A DNA stretch of 64,000 nucleotides from Gordius albopunctatus (lineage: Eukaryota), in contig OZ193909.1 in the NCBI GenBank assembly GCA_964276515.1, positions 806,001 through 870,000 of the forward strand, in the 5' to 3' direction. A program made the position numbers and the translations under genes. Numbering within the stretch: the first letter of the stretch is position 1; every line of letters starts with the position of its first letter. A model generated the notes under the pieces. The model saw only the letters and a list, made by a program, of their open reading frames with translations. It searched no databases and was not told where the DNA came from. This document shows, in pieces, positions 35,367-47,173 of this stretch.

Positions 35367-38300
35367 TCAATAATGGCGACCCCCATCGCCCCCACGCCTC
35401 GGCATTTTTCTATCGTAATGCCCAGCAGACCCACCACTCATTCGATCGTCGTATCTCCGCTTGTTATAATTATTGCGTCCACCACTGCCGGCTCCGTAGC
35501 TTGAGACGATGGGTGAAGAATGCTGCTGTTGTTGCTGGTGGCTAAGGCGTTCAAAATTTAATTGTGCACGTTTTTAAATTGGGACTACCACGGGGTGTAA
35601 AATAAATTTACAACATTTTTCCAACAACAAGCTCACCTGAGTAATTGACTGACGCCCATCAAGAGGTTCATGGCTGCTTGCGGATTGACTCTCTGCATCA
35701 TGGAGGGGTTAACTATCCCACCTGATCCACCCCCGGAATTCCTAACGAACGATAAAAATATATTTGACGAAATGAGGTTTAAAAGGGACCTTACCAATTC
35801 CTATAGTTGTTGTATCGACCTCGCGAATTGACATCCCTATTGCCCTATTATAAATATATTATACAAGTTGGACGAGAAAGGACCTTAGACTATAGACTGC
35901 TCATGCCATATGTTGCATATTTTGCCCTATAACAGTCAATTCACCTTCCTCACTAGTTTGTGAATTTAAAAAAACGTAAATAAATTAATATTATACACAA
36001 TATTGATGGCACTATATTATTTACCAAACTTTAATCGCAGTTTTTGAAATCTACCCAATTTAATATTTTTTTTATTTACCTTTTTAAAATTATTTAATTT
36101 GCGAAAATTACTAATTTCTATATGATCACAACGTTACAATCCTCGTTTTAAAATGGTGGAAAAAAGGTGCAAATTTTGTGCGTTGATGAGCAGTCTATCT
36201 AGTCTATGGAAAGGACACGACATTTTTGCACGAAAGTATTGGACCAAGGACATGGAAGAAAATCATTGTTAGTACCGGTCTGGATGAGTCGTAGCGATTG
36301 CCGTGATCATAGGGTTTCTTGTAATTACGGCCATAGTGGGACCGATCGTGACCATAATCTTCTGCGAGCGAAGGCGTAGGGAAAAGAAAAGTTTGTAAAT
36401 ACAAGATTCTAGTGTTGTTAAAACGGCTGTTTTATTTGGTCGAACATAAATAATAGACCAAAAATCTTTGTTCTGCTCTTACTTCGGTGCCTAGACTGGC
36501 GTCTGGAACGAGATTTATCGCGACTTCTAGAACGACTAGATCTGTTCTTTTCCTTCTTACCTATAATAAATTTTAGAGCGATTCCATTTGCCTGTAAATT
36601 ACTTTCGACTGCAGACATGAGTTTGAGCTGTCGCGTGGCTTCGCCATCGTCTATGCTGACGCCCGCATAAGTTTCGAGGGCCTTCTTCGCCTCTTCCTCG
36701 TTTTCAAATTCCAAGTAGGCGTGACTATAATGTGTACGTGTTAGAGCGCGCAAAAATAAACAACTCCTTCAACAACATAATTAAAACACTGATCACTTAT
36801 TCTAAAAGTAATGATTAAGTATAAAAAAACTGCAAAAAGGAGGGAGAGGGGCATATAAATGATCATTAAATTTGTCTATTGAGAATCTGAGGTTGGAGAG
36901 AGATGTTGTATGGCAAATTTTCCTTTTTTTATCATGTAATATTAAAATACTGCCGTGAATTAAAACAATAATCTGCCGTGGTGGTTTCCTTGGTGTAGGC
37001 GGCAGTATGTATATATTTGATTGCAACACGGGGTGTGCATGTGTGTGCGTATGAGCGCTGTTGTATTTACCCCTTTGATTTTCCCGTATTATCCAGGGGC
37101 ATATCAATTTCTTTAGACTCTTTAAAGATGACTGTCAGCATTTCTTTAGTGGCAGAGGCGGGGAGATTCCCGATATACAGTGTTTTAAGGTCTTTGGCTT
37201 TAAATAGTATATATATAAAAGAGTATAAAAGAGAAAGCAACGCTTTGCTTGAGAAGAGAGAAACTAGCCGATCCAACGGCTTTAATTATGAACTCTTATG
37301 TTATGAAGAGGTCGTTGTGAGACCTATAAACAACAACACACTTTTCAGGATTTGTTAAAAGAGAGATTATATGAAATGATGAAGACACTTACGATCAACT
37401 TCTCGCACGGCTTTTTCTAGAAATAATCAATGAATAAATGTAATTATGGAGATTGAAGATAAAGGGTTATACCTTCTAGCTCGTCAATAGAATGGCGAAT
37501 TTCGAGTTCTTGCTCGTCTATCTTCTGTCCCTTCAATTTTTCAACCGCCTCTTTCGCATCCTCAACCGTGAGAAATCGCAATTCGGCCGATCTTTAAAGA
37601 GCAAAATTAAATGTTTTTTAATAATAAACAAATTTAAAAATATTAACAGGCGCCTTAAATGACATAAGTGAACAATTGTCAACTTAAAAAATTGTTGTCA
37701 AAAGAGTATAATTTAATTATAAAAATTACCCAATCTTTTTGTCAACTTGAGACTTCTCACGAGAGAATCTCAAGGTATACTGATCAGATTTATTCAAATA
37801 CTCTTTAATGTCATCATTCAAATCATCGCTCAGATTACGAATGTGAATGGTTCGCCTTTTGACATCTAATTTATATCATAACATAAAATTAAGAAGAGAT
37901 GATTTTAATACAAAACTTTATGTTAAACTAATTAAAAATATACTTAGTGATTAAATTATTCAGCATTAATAATGATGAATAAAAAAGATAAAAATGGGCC
38001 ATATTGACATCTGAATAAGCTACATTCAATTTAATTTACTTTAAACCTAGGAATAATGGCTGAATTCAAAGGTTAAAACACAAACAATTTAATTATACAT
38101 AAAAAGTTGTTTAAAATCTATAAAGCTACTACTTTGAGATTTATTAGTGTTAGAATTATATTAAAGAATTGATTATCTCAATTCAACCACAACAATCCTA
38201 TTTATTATAAAAGAATGGATTCTTTAAATGAAACATGAAATGATATATGTTTATTAGCATAGATGTGACATTTGAAATGTAATAAGAATTGTAGTTAATT

Positions 38301-39302
38301 AGACAAAAATTATTAAAATTTATAACACATAAATTTTTTGCTTGAATGGAATTTATAAAATAAAAATAGTGTCATAATATATATACCTTTCCTATACGAG
38401 TGTATATCCATTCTTTCACGGGTCACTATTCAGAGTAAAATGTGTTAATATTTAAAAAAATTAAAAACAAATCAGTGCTTCTTAGATGAAAATCATTATA
38501 ATCACATTAGTTTTTCATCATACTAACATAAAATAATATGAAACCTTTTTCTGGTGAAATCCTAGTGTCTTTATTTATAGTATCTAAACAAAATAAACAT
38601 ACACTTTATGTAAAACAAATAACAATACAAAATTATCAAATTATGGGCCTAAATAATTTAATTACCTTCTTCTTTATTTCCTGATGGTTTGGAAGTCTCT
38701 AGATTGTGCTCATTATTTTGCTCGGGATCAGGATTTTGATCCTCCATTTCCACATTTGTGTTATCATTAACATAACTATCAAAATCTCCTAAATAATTTT
38801 ATAGCAGTAAATGTCTAAGGAAATACCTTCATTATCAATTGCTTCAATATCTTTACTATCATCTTCAATTGTGTGTATAGTATTCATACCATTCTATTTC
38901 ACTAATACAATAAATTATTTTAATCAATTACCTCAAGAAATTGATCATCATGTTCTGATATACTAACGGTTACAGATTCTTCAACAACTGTGGTTTGTTC
39001 AATTATTTCAACCTTTTCCTCTATTGAATCTAATTGTTCATTTTTTTCTTCCTCATCTAAATGATTTTTTTCCACATTATCCCCATTGCCAACTTCTGTA
39101 CTTGTATTAGTTAAACGTATAGTTTAATATACCTGTTTCCTTTAATCTTTGGATTAAATCTGACTTCCTACCAGTTGTTGGCAAACCAAGGGCTGACAAT
39201 TTAGACTTCAAATCTGGAACAGTTAATTTTTCTAGATCATTTAACAAAACAGTATCTTGTTGTGACACTAAAATATAAGCTTAAAAATAAAATCAAATTA
39301 CT
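35367..39302 (-). CDS. SAP-domain, acidic, 2xRRM, RS- and Gly/Arg-rich RNA-binding protein, ~529 aa, 17 coding exons
   Basis: Exons 39302 (A of ATG), 39267-39133, 39095-38932, 38893-38827, 38788-38666, 38583-38545, 38425-38387, 37865-37730, 37591-37473, 37416-37393, 37197-37071, 36724-36603, 36560-36483, 36361-36276, 35844-35795, 35741-35637, 35541-35367. SAP motif LEKLTVPDLKSKLSALGLPTTGRKSDLIQRL; RRM1 TIHIRNL..GSAELRF; RRM2 TLYIGNLP..KSKGHAYLEF; RSSRSRSRDKSRS; ends PRRGGDGGRHY*. Confidence 0.88.
35886..36206. mobile_element. MITE with TAGACTA(G/A)TAGACTGCTCAT TIRs
   Basis: TAGACTATAGACTGCTCAT...ATGAGCAGTCTATCTAGTCTA. Relatives at ~7084-7515, 13270-13555 and 59396-59675. Confidence 0.8.
38468..38525 (-). 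ncRNA. Intronic box C/D snoRNA, SNORD61 (U61)-like
   Basis: Sense to the host gene, in intron 38426-38544: ATGATGA (C) aaaactaat GTGA (D') ttata ATGATTT (C') tcatctaagaagca CTGA (D). The guide TCTAAGAAG is antisense to the conserved 18S rRNA motif CUUCUUAGA. The family assignment is from memory of U61. Confidence 0.7.
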
Positions 39303-39330
39303 TATTCCTGCGTTGTATAGTAACAATGTT

Positions 39331-39341
39331 AAAAATGGCGA
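39331..39341. promoter_or_regulatory. YY1/Pho-like motif AAAATGGCG in the 5' leader region of the SAP-RRM gene
   Basis: AAAAATGGCG lies ~30 nt upstream of the start codon. A similar AAGATGGCCGC sits just before the CNNM start (6024-6034). Confidence 0.3.
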
Positions 39342-39648
39342 TTTAAACAGATAAGACAACTCTATCTAATAAATTTAAACAAATTTTATTTTTAAAATTA
39401 TTAAAATATATATTTTTTTAAAGTATTATAAAATCAATGTGTTACTACATTCGCTAACTATACAAATCTATTAAGTGGCAGGGCCACATTTCAGATGTAA
39501 AATTTCTAGTTTTATTAACATAATATGTTTCAGCTTTTATTTAGAAAAAATATTTACGTTAGGTGAGATTTATTAAAAGTATCATATTCTGTTCCTACAC
39601 CAAATTTTTTAGTTGCACATAATATTATTTTAGCTTGTTTATCATTAA

Positions 39649-40229
39649 CCCGCGAGAGTATTCGTGGGGTATTTCGAAATCTTATGCAAATTATAAATTA
39701 AAATACAAAACGCAATTTAAGTCTAATGAATTTGGTCTTTTCAGTAGCTTAATATTTTATCTTCATAGGTTTTGTCTTAATACTTTTAAAAATATATAAG
39801 CTTTTTGGCTCGTGGGGTTCTGTTTACCCCGCGAATGCTCTTGCCTAGGATATTTTTTGTTTGAAAAAATGTATGTATTTTTATAATAATATCCTTTACA
39901 ATTTGTGTTTTTAATACATTTGAACATTCTTTTAATAAAAAATTACGTTTATTTTGATTTATTTTAAGGTATATTATGTCAAGAGGTAAAATGAGGGGAA
40001 GGAAGAACCAAAATAAAAATGGGGGTCCAGAAAATTGTTAATAAGTTTTGTAATGTTGATCCGATTCATATCAAAAATTATACCTACCATCTTAAGACCT
40101 TTATAAACACAAATTTAAAATTTGAAAATTTTTAAAAGAATATTTTGAAATTTATAAGTTAAAAAGTTGGGTAAAGTTATACCCCACGAATGCTCTCGCG
40201 TCTGGGATTTTCATGAATACTCTCGAGGG
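39649..40229. mobile_element. piggyBac-like MITE
   Basis: TTAA|CCCGCGAGAGTATTCGTG...CATGAATACTCTCGAGGG|TTAA, with internal CCCCRCGAATGCTCT repeats. Confidence 0.88.
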
Positions 40230-40867
40230 TTAAATAAGAAACATTTAACTCTCAATTGAGTTTTAAAAAATAAGTGAGGAAAGAAATTTAAACATGACAA
40301 TAGAAAAAATCCGGTAATTTATCTAATTTAAACATTGATTCTTAAATTCTTTAAAATTGCTATTTTTTCGGGTCGTAATACCAAGAACACACCAATTCTG
40401 GCCGCGATGGGTCTTTTTGCTTAAATGTCCTCACCAAAAAAATTTACACGGGTATACAACGCCAAAGGCAAATTTTTTTCTACATTTATCTTTGAATATA
40501 TAAAACAGAACTTAAATATTCAAGTTCGATAGTTCCAATCTCAAATAAGTTATGATTTTTATTAATATTTCCTAGTTCCACTCGTAGCAACGTAGCATAC
40601 GACAAATACAATAATTTTCAAATTTTTTTAATGTTGTAATTTAAATAAGTTAATCACCTCCTTTACTTTTTCACCATTTTTTTAGATTAAATGATTTATC
40701 CTTTATTCTTCATCTTTACTTCTAATGATGATTATTTAATCGTCCAAATTATTACTCCCTCCTAACTATTTAATTTTATAAAAGCACGTAAGACAAAGAA
40801 AGCTTCAAGTGCGTCTCCATGTTTATGCTACTTTAGATGCCTTTAACAAGCCAATAATGATTTTGAT

Positions 40868-41021
40868 GGTGCCCTATCAACTCGCCGAAAACCATCTCGC
40901 CGAATTAAATGTCCCCTAGTTAGAAAAGGTCCCCTAATTTTAAATCGTCCCCCATTCAACCAATCACAAAATGTCCCAAGTGAATTCGGCGAGATTGTTT
41001 TCGGCAAGTTGACGAGCCACC
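40868..41021. mobile_element. 154-bp MITE with 9-bp TSD (Mutator-like), copy 1
   Basis: GGTGCCCTATCAACTCGCCGAAAA...TTTTCGGCAAGTTGACGAGCCACC; flanks GATTTTGAT / GATTTTAAT. Confidence 0.85.
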
Positions 41022-41899
41022 GATTTTAATGATAGCACGTTATATTAACCACCAAATACGATTCAGTTATCTTGGTTGATGTTTTGAGAGATATGCAACA
41101 TTATTAGAATCCTTAATTTAACCATTAAATTATAGAATAAAAACATATAGGCTCATAATTTTTTTAATTTTTGCGCATGGTTTAAAACACAATAAGAATA
41201 AACATCCAAATTTGAATGATTTAGTAACCTGGTGAGCTGGTCTTACTTATATTTAGGCTTAACTGAATTTCGCATGGTTATTTTTTATAGGATCATATTT
41301 GTTAAGGGTGTTTATGTTCTCGGATACTAGAAAAAACTTATGTAAATTAATGATATACTTAGCACTATCGTATAATGAATATTTTTAGGACAAAAATATA
41401 CAAATAATACAATATCGTGGATTAGGTTAGCGTGATCTCTATTAAACAATAGTGTATCCCATGGGCGTAGCCAGAGGGGGGGGGGGTAGGGAGGGGTGTC
41501 TGCCCTTCTCTCAAATTTTAAAATGTGTTTGAATTTAATAAATTTATATTAAAATTTATGAAAATGATCATTTTGCCCCTCCTTAAATCATTGCCCCCCC
41601 CCTCTAATCTATTTACAACAAAGAATAAAACTATATTAGGAGGGTGTTTAAGGTTGAAAATAATTATTGCAATTGAGACATAAAAAATTTAACCATAAAA
41701 TCACTAAAAATGTTGAACTTTATAATTGTAGATGTTTTCCTGATTTTAGTTCATTGAACATGTATTATACACTTATTGGGGGGGGGGGCAAGGCAGGTCG
41801 TTTGTAATAGCGATAGGATTATGTGAGATACATATAAAAAGGAAATCTAAATTTTGTTTTCAATTAGGTTTTCGATTGTTATACTAAAATAGATTTAGA

Positions 41900-42315
41900 T
41901 CTTGCGGCACTCTAAAATCAAGACCATTATCCCGTCAGCCCTTAAAGGGCTTAAATCTCATCCATACTTGAATCGTCAGATCCTTCCCTTGAAGGTGGAA
42001 TGCGTCTGAAGGTCCTCATTAGTCCCACAGGAACACGGTCTCCTTTTAAAATGGGGTTTTACATGCCTTGATTTATTTGATTATGACCACAAGGCCCTCG
42101 CCGAAGAACGCAAGCTCAAAAAATACAAGGCCCTCTTGGAGTCTAGTATTTTTATCCCTATAGTTTCGTCATGTTCAGGATTTTATGGGAAAATGGCGTT
42201 GTTTTATTGATAGGCAGGCGATCCCTTCCCTCTAAATATCCCCTCGCATTTTTGTTGAACAATCAATAGCAATTTTAATCGCAAAATTTAATATCAAATC
42301 TTTTTTAGAGTCTTG
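41900..42315 (+). pseudogene. Degenerate 3' fragment of a CRE-like non-LTR retrotransposon
   Basis: Frameshifted translation (ILESSDPSLEGGMR..KW..ALAEERKLKKYKALLESSIFIPIVSSCSGFYGK) matches the C-terminus of ORF 43334-44977. Confidence 0.85.
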
Positions 42316-43360
42316 ACCTCATCTATAATAGGAAGATTAGGGCATATTAATCATATAACACGTCTTTTTATAATATACTTCTGGTACCTATTTAATATTG
42401 TAATCAGATATATATCATTAAACGAAGTTTTAGTTACAAAAGACAATATATACAAGACTTTTGTTATCAATATTCATCATTCATATGTTACAGAAAGTTT
42501 ATAAGTCCAAAAATTTATATTTTAATTCATATTTAGTCAGGTAAAAAGTGATGCGCACACTAAGATTCAATAATCAACTCAAATATTCATAGCCTAAAAT
42601 TAAGCAAGGATCTTTTAACGTTTATATGCAATAATAGATAAAGTCCTCCTAAAGTATTTGTAGCGGTCTAGACTAGAAAAGGTTCCAAATCGGCCCGTCG
42701 ACAATTTATAAAATAGGTTTAAAAAAATAATTTAAACACCTTCAAATATAGCACATTATAGATGTCGATTTTTCATAACATTTTAAATATATGCTGTTTA
42801 AGGCCCATCCAATATTACTTAGAGTTTTAATTCCTATGTGATTTCAACTCGGCCATACCGACAAGAAATTCTAAGTTTATAAGCTCGGGACAGGTTCTGG
42901 ATGGCCTTTAGGGGCTCCTTATAAAGAATCTCTTATGATAATAAACAATTTAATAAAATAGCTATTATCTTTTTTAAAACTTCCTTAATTGATAATTCTA
43001 ATAGATTAATAAAATAATGTATATGAAAAACGTTTATTTTAAATATAATGGTATATAGAACAAAATTTAAAGAACAATAATATAAACAACATAATAATAA
43101 GTCAGAAATCCAACAGATTTTTATTAAATAATATACAAAATAATTACCAATCGCTAATGTATAAAATAACTTGTAATAAATGCAACAATTTTTTATATTA
43201 GGGAAACAAAAAGGAATTTTATCACACGGTTCAAGGAACATCTTCTTCTTCTTCTTTATCAGTTATTTGGTCCCACATTGGTGGGGTTTGTTTTGATAAG
43301 TTTCTTCCATCTTGACCGGGTGAGTGCCATGTCTTGACTAATCTCTTTACCAACTACATC

Positions 43361-45083
43361 ATTTTAAGTTATGGATGCCCTTCGATTTTGAAATTTGGAG
43401 AATTCTTCATCGAATCCGCAGAAGGGATCCAACAAGGCGATCCTCTAGGCCCCCCTTTATTCTGCTTGGCCATAAATCACCTAATTAACGAAATTAACAA
43501 ACACTGTAAACTTACTCTTAATGTCTGGTATCTTGATGACGCCACTCTTGTTGGGACCCCTGACAACCTAGCCCAAGCACTAGATGTAATACATGCTTTT
43601 TTCCCCACTCTAAACTTATGTTTAAACGCCTCTAAAAGTGAAATATATTCTGACTTGGATAATATTCACCCAAAGTTTTTTGACTTTGCCAAAATTAAAA
43701 AAGACAATTTGTATGTTTTAGGCGCACCTATCGGGGGACCCCAGTGCCTTAAAAAATGTTTAGACAAAAATCTCTCTTCTTTAAAAACCAAATTAGACAT
43801 TTTTAAATCTATTCCATCTCATCATTCTTTTTATATTATTAAAAATTATTACAACATTAGCAAAATTTTATTCTGCTTCCGCTCCACGCAACCTTTTTTA
43901 TTTAAGGAAGTTTTACAGGACTGTGAAAACTTTTTTAAGTCCACTCTTGAATCAATTTTAAATATTTCCTTTAACACCAATACTTGGCTTCAAGCCACAC
44001 TTCCCACAAAATCCGGTGGCCTTGGTATTCGCTCCCCATCTGCGATTTCCCTAGCCGCCTTCATTTCTTCCTCTCTATCCTTTAAACATCATATCAACGA
44101 CCTCGTCCCATTCCCACTTAATCCCTCCATAAATCAAGCCGTATCCTTATGGAATGAGAACGTCAATGTAGGAGCTAATATACCACAATCATACGCTCAA
44201 AAAGATTTGGATGCAAGCTTGGTGTCGCGGTCCGTTGCTTACCTTCTCTCGACATGCGACGCCAAACAGCATTGCAACCTTAGGTCATTGGCTTTCGACC
44301 AATCCGGACATGAATGGCTTGAAGCTTACCCTAGTAAGTTTTCGGGTATGTTTTTGGAGAATCCTACCCTCTCCTACAATATAGCCCTCCGCTTGGGCTG
44401 TAAATACACGTCCTCATACCTCTGCCGGCTTTGTAATTCACTTGTAGATGAGGAAGCACGTCACCCCCTGCATTGTAAATTTAACAAAAGCCGGTATGGT
44501 AGGCACCAAAAAATAAATACACTACTTCAAGCTGCCCTCAAACGGGCAAAAGTCCCTTCGATCCTTGAACCTTCAGATCCCTCTCTCGAAGGGCGGATGC
44601 GCCCGGACGGTTCGTCCCTTATCCCATGGGACAAAGGCCTTTTCTTAAAATGGGACTACACCTGTATAGACCTTTTTGCCCCCTCCAACGATACTCACGA
44701 CCCCCTTGGATCGGCAGAGCATCGGAAATCCTTAAAATATTCAGCTTTATCCCAAAACTCGATTTTTATTCCTATCGTCTCATCGTGCTCAGGGACATTT
44801 GGGAAGAGCGCTTTAATTTTTTTTAAAGAACTCAATAAACGCTCGCCCCCTTGTAAAATATCGAATAGTTTTTTACTACGACAATCAATTGCCATCGCGA
44901 TCGCTAAATCTAATTTTTATTCTTTGATGGATTCAATGCCCATTCTCAAAGATGAAGAAACGGATATTGAGTTTTAATCATTTTTTTATATAAATGTTTT
45001 CGTTCTTGTATCTTTTTATTAATTCCACTCAATATTTAATACTTTTTATTTAATAAAGCATGTCAATTTAAAAAAAAAAAAAA
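43361..45083 (+). mobile_element. 5'-truncated CRE-like (restriction-like endonuclease) non-LTR retrotransposon
   Basis: Uninterrupted ORF to 44977 with RT (GIQQGDPLGP, WYLDD, GGLG), CCHC finger (CRLC..HPLHC), RH, RPDG and WD motifs. AATAAA at 45052 and A14 tail at 45070-45083. Removing it restores RTE VDK|DVVGKEISQDM. Confidence 0.92.
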
Positions 45084-45844
45084 CTTTATCGACTTGCCCT
45101 TTCCACATGACACGGGGTCGTCCTCTTCCTCTCTTCCCCGGTACCTCCATGTCCAGTACTTTTCGATTTACGTCATCCGTATCCCTCATTAATATATGCC
45201 CATAACACCTTAGCCGATTTTCGTTAATCATGTCCGCCATATATTGAATACCCATTTTTGTCATGAGAAAGTCATTCGTCATATGGTCGAGCTTAGTATA
45301 CCCCAAGCTCCACCCTATCATTCTCATCTCTGTGGCTTGTAATAGCTTTAATTCCGTGGTGTTTAATGCCCATGTTTCACTTCCTTAGAGTAACACCGGT
45401 CTTACGATGGATTTGTAAGCTTTGCTCGTGAACCATATTGGCATTTTCTTGTCGCACATTACACCGGATATAATTCGACATTTAAGCCATCCTTTTTGGA
45501 TCCGGGAATTGACTTCCGTTGCGCAACTTCCCTCTTGATGTAGGATCGAGCCGAGGTAAGTAAACCTGTCTACTTTTGGGTACTTTAGATGGGCATCCAG
45601 CGATGGGGTGCCTTTACCGTTCAAATGAACGATACCGTTTTTCGATCATTGACCTTTAAACCATATCCAGCTAAGCGCTTTGACCATTTTTCAGCTTCTT
45701 CGAATACTTACTCCCTTGTTTCCTCGCATAGTACTATATCATCGGCATATAGCATACACCATGATGATGGCATTTGAATGTCCCTCGTTATCGTGTCTAT
45801 ACTTATATTAAATAAAAAGGGACTTAAAGCAGAGCCTTGATGTA

Positions 45845-46225
45845 TTTTATATTTCCAAAAATAAATAACTAAAGGCTTTATTGATTTAGAGTCCAAATTT
45901 AAGAATATTTTCGAGCTTCAAATTTATTTATTTATTTAAAATTTATGGATCCGCGAAATAGGTTTATTAAGTTCTCTTTTCTGAGGGGTTACATTTTCGG
46001 AGAATATATATATTTTCTGTAAGCGAAAATTAAAAAATGTGTAGTAATCAAAATCACTAAATCATGGTAATTAAAATCGACAATGCCGGGTAATTAAAAT
46101 ATCTATTTTTATCATCGCGATACTACAAATAAGAATCATCATAAACGAAACGCGTACAAGTATGCGTAAGGGGGGGGGGAATAAAAGGGGTAATAAAAAA
46201 ACTTTAAGTACACACAAACACCACA
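45845..46225. mobile_element. Unclassified 381-bp insertion in the RTE RT domain
   Basis: Interrupts GLH|QGS and is flanked by the direct repeat ATGTA (45840-44, 46226-30). Confidence 0.7.
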
Positions 46226-47173
46226 ATGTAATCCAATATTAACCCGAAAAGGTTTAGAGTCTCCATCTGTCGTCCTAACGCAATAGTTTGAAGCTTCATA
46301 AATATTTTTCATAAGCCGTATATATGCGTCAGGGATATTTTGTTTTCTCAGGCACTACCATATTAAGTCGCGGGGGACCGTGTCATAAGCTTTCTCCAAA
46401 TCGATAAAAACCATATGTAGGTCTTTCCTCTTTTCACCATACTTATCCATCATTTGTCTCAGGGCGAAGATTAGGTCGATTGTAGATTTGCCGGCCACGA
46501 ATCCGAATTGATTAGCCGATATTTCCATCTCGCTTTAAGATCTTTTCCAAAAGCTTCAAGGAGTGGCAAGTTAGCTTGATACCTCTGTAATTGCCGCAGT
46601 CCTGAGGGTCTCCTTTGCCTTTAAATAATGGTATAATCGTGCTTGCTCTCCATTGATTAGGGATTCGCTCTTCTACCAATATCTTGTTAAGGAGGTTCGT
46701 CATGGTGGTGACTCCTTCTTCACGATATCCGAGCAATGCTTCCATAGGTATTCCATCTGGACCATTTGCTTTTCCTTTTTGCATCTTGTTCATTTGTGTT
46801 CTAACTTCATCCTCCTGGAAGAGTTCGACCATATTTATATTTGGCTCAATTTCGGGAAGGGAATCCTTGTCGTTTGCAATATTCATAAGTTTCTTAAAAT
46901 ATCCTTTCCACCTTTCCATCACTTCTTTCGGCTTGAATAAGGTTTGACCCTTCTCGCTTTTGACTATTTTAAGAACTCCGACATCGCGACTTTTCTTCTC
47001 CCTTATCTTGGCCAATTTGTACATAAGCCTATCGCCCCCTTTATGATCCAGTTTGTTTGCCATCTCGGTGTACGCGGCATTTTTCGCTTTTGCAACGGTC
47101 TTTTTTGCGGCCCTCTTTGCGTACCTGTACTCTTGATAATCTTCCGACTTTTTTGATTTATGCCACCGTCTAT

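Noticed and set aside
37972..38014. ATGATGA...CTGA C/D-box-like pair on the + strand
   Set aside because: Antisense to the host gene, no recognisable rRNA guide, and likely by chance in AT-rich DNA.
43334..43360. Apparent N-terminus of the 547-aa ORF
   Set aside because: These bases are antisense RTE sequence. The CRE-like element starts at 43361 and is 5'-truncated, so this is not an intact gene.
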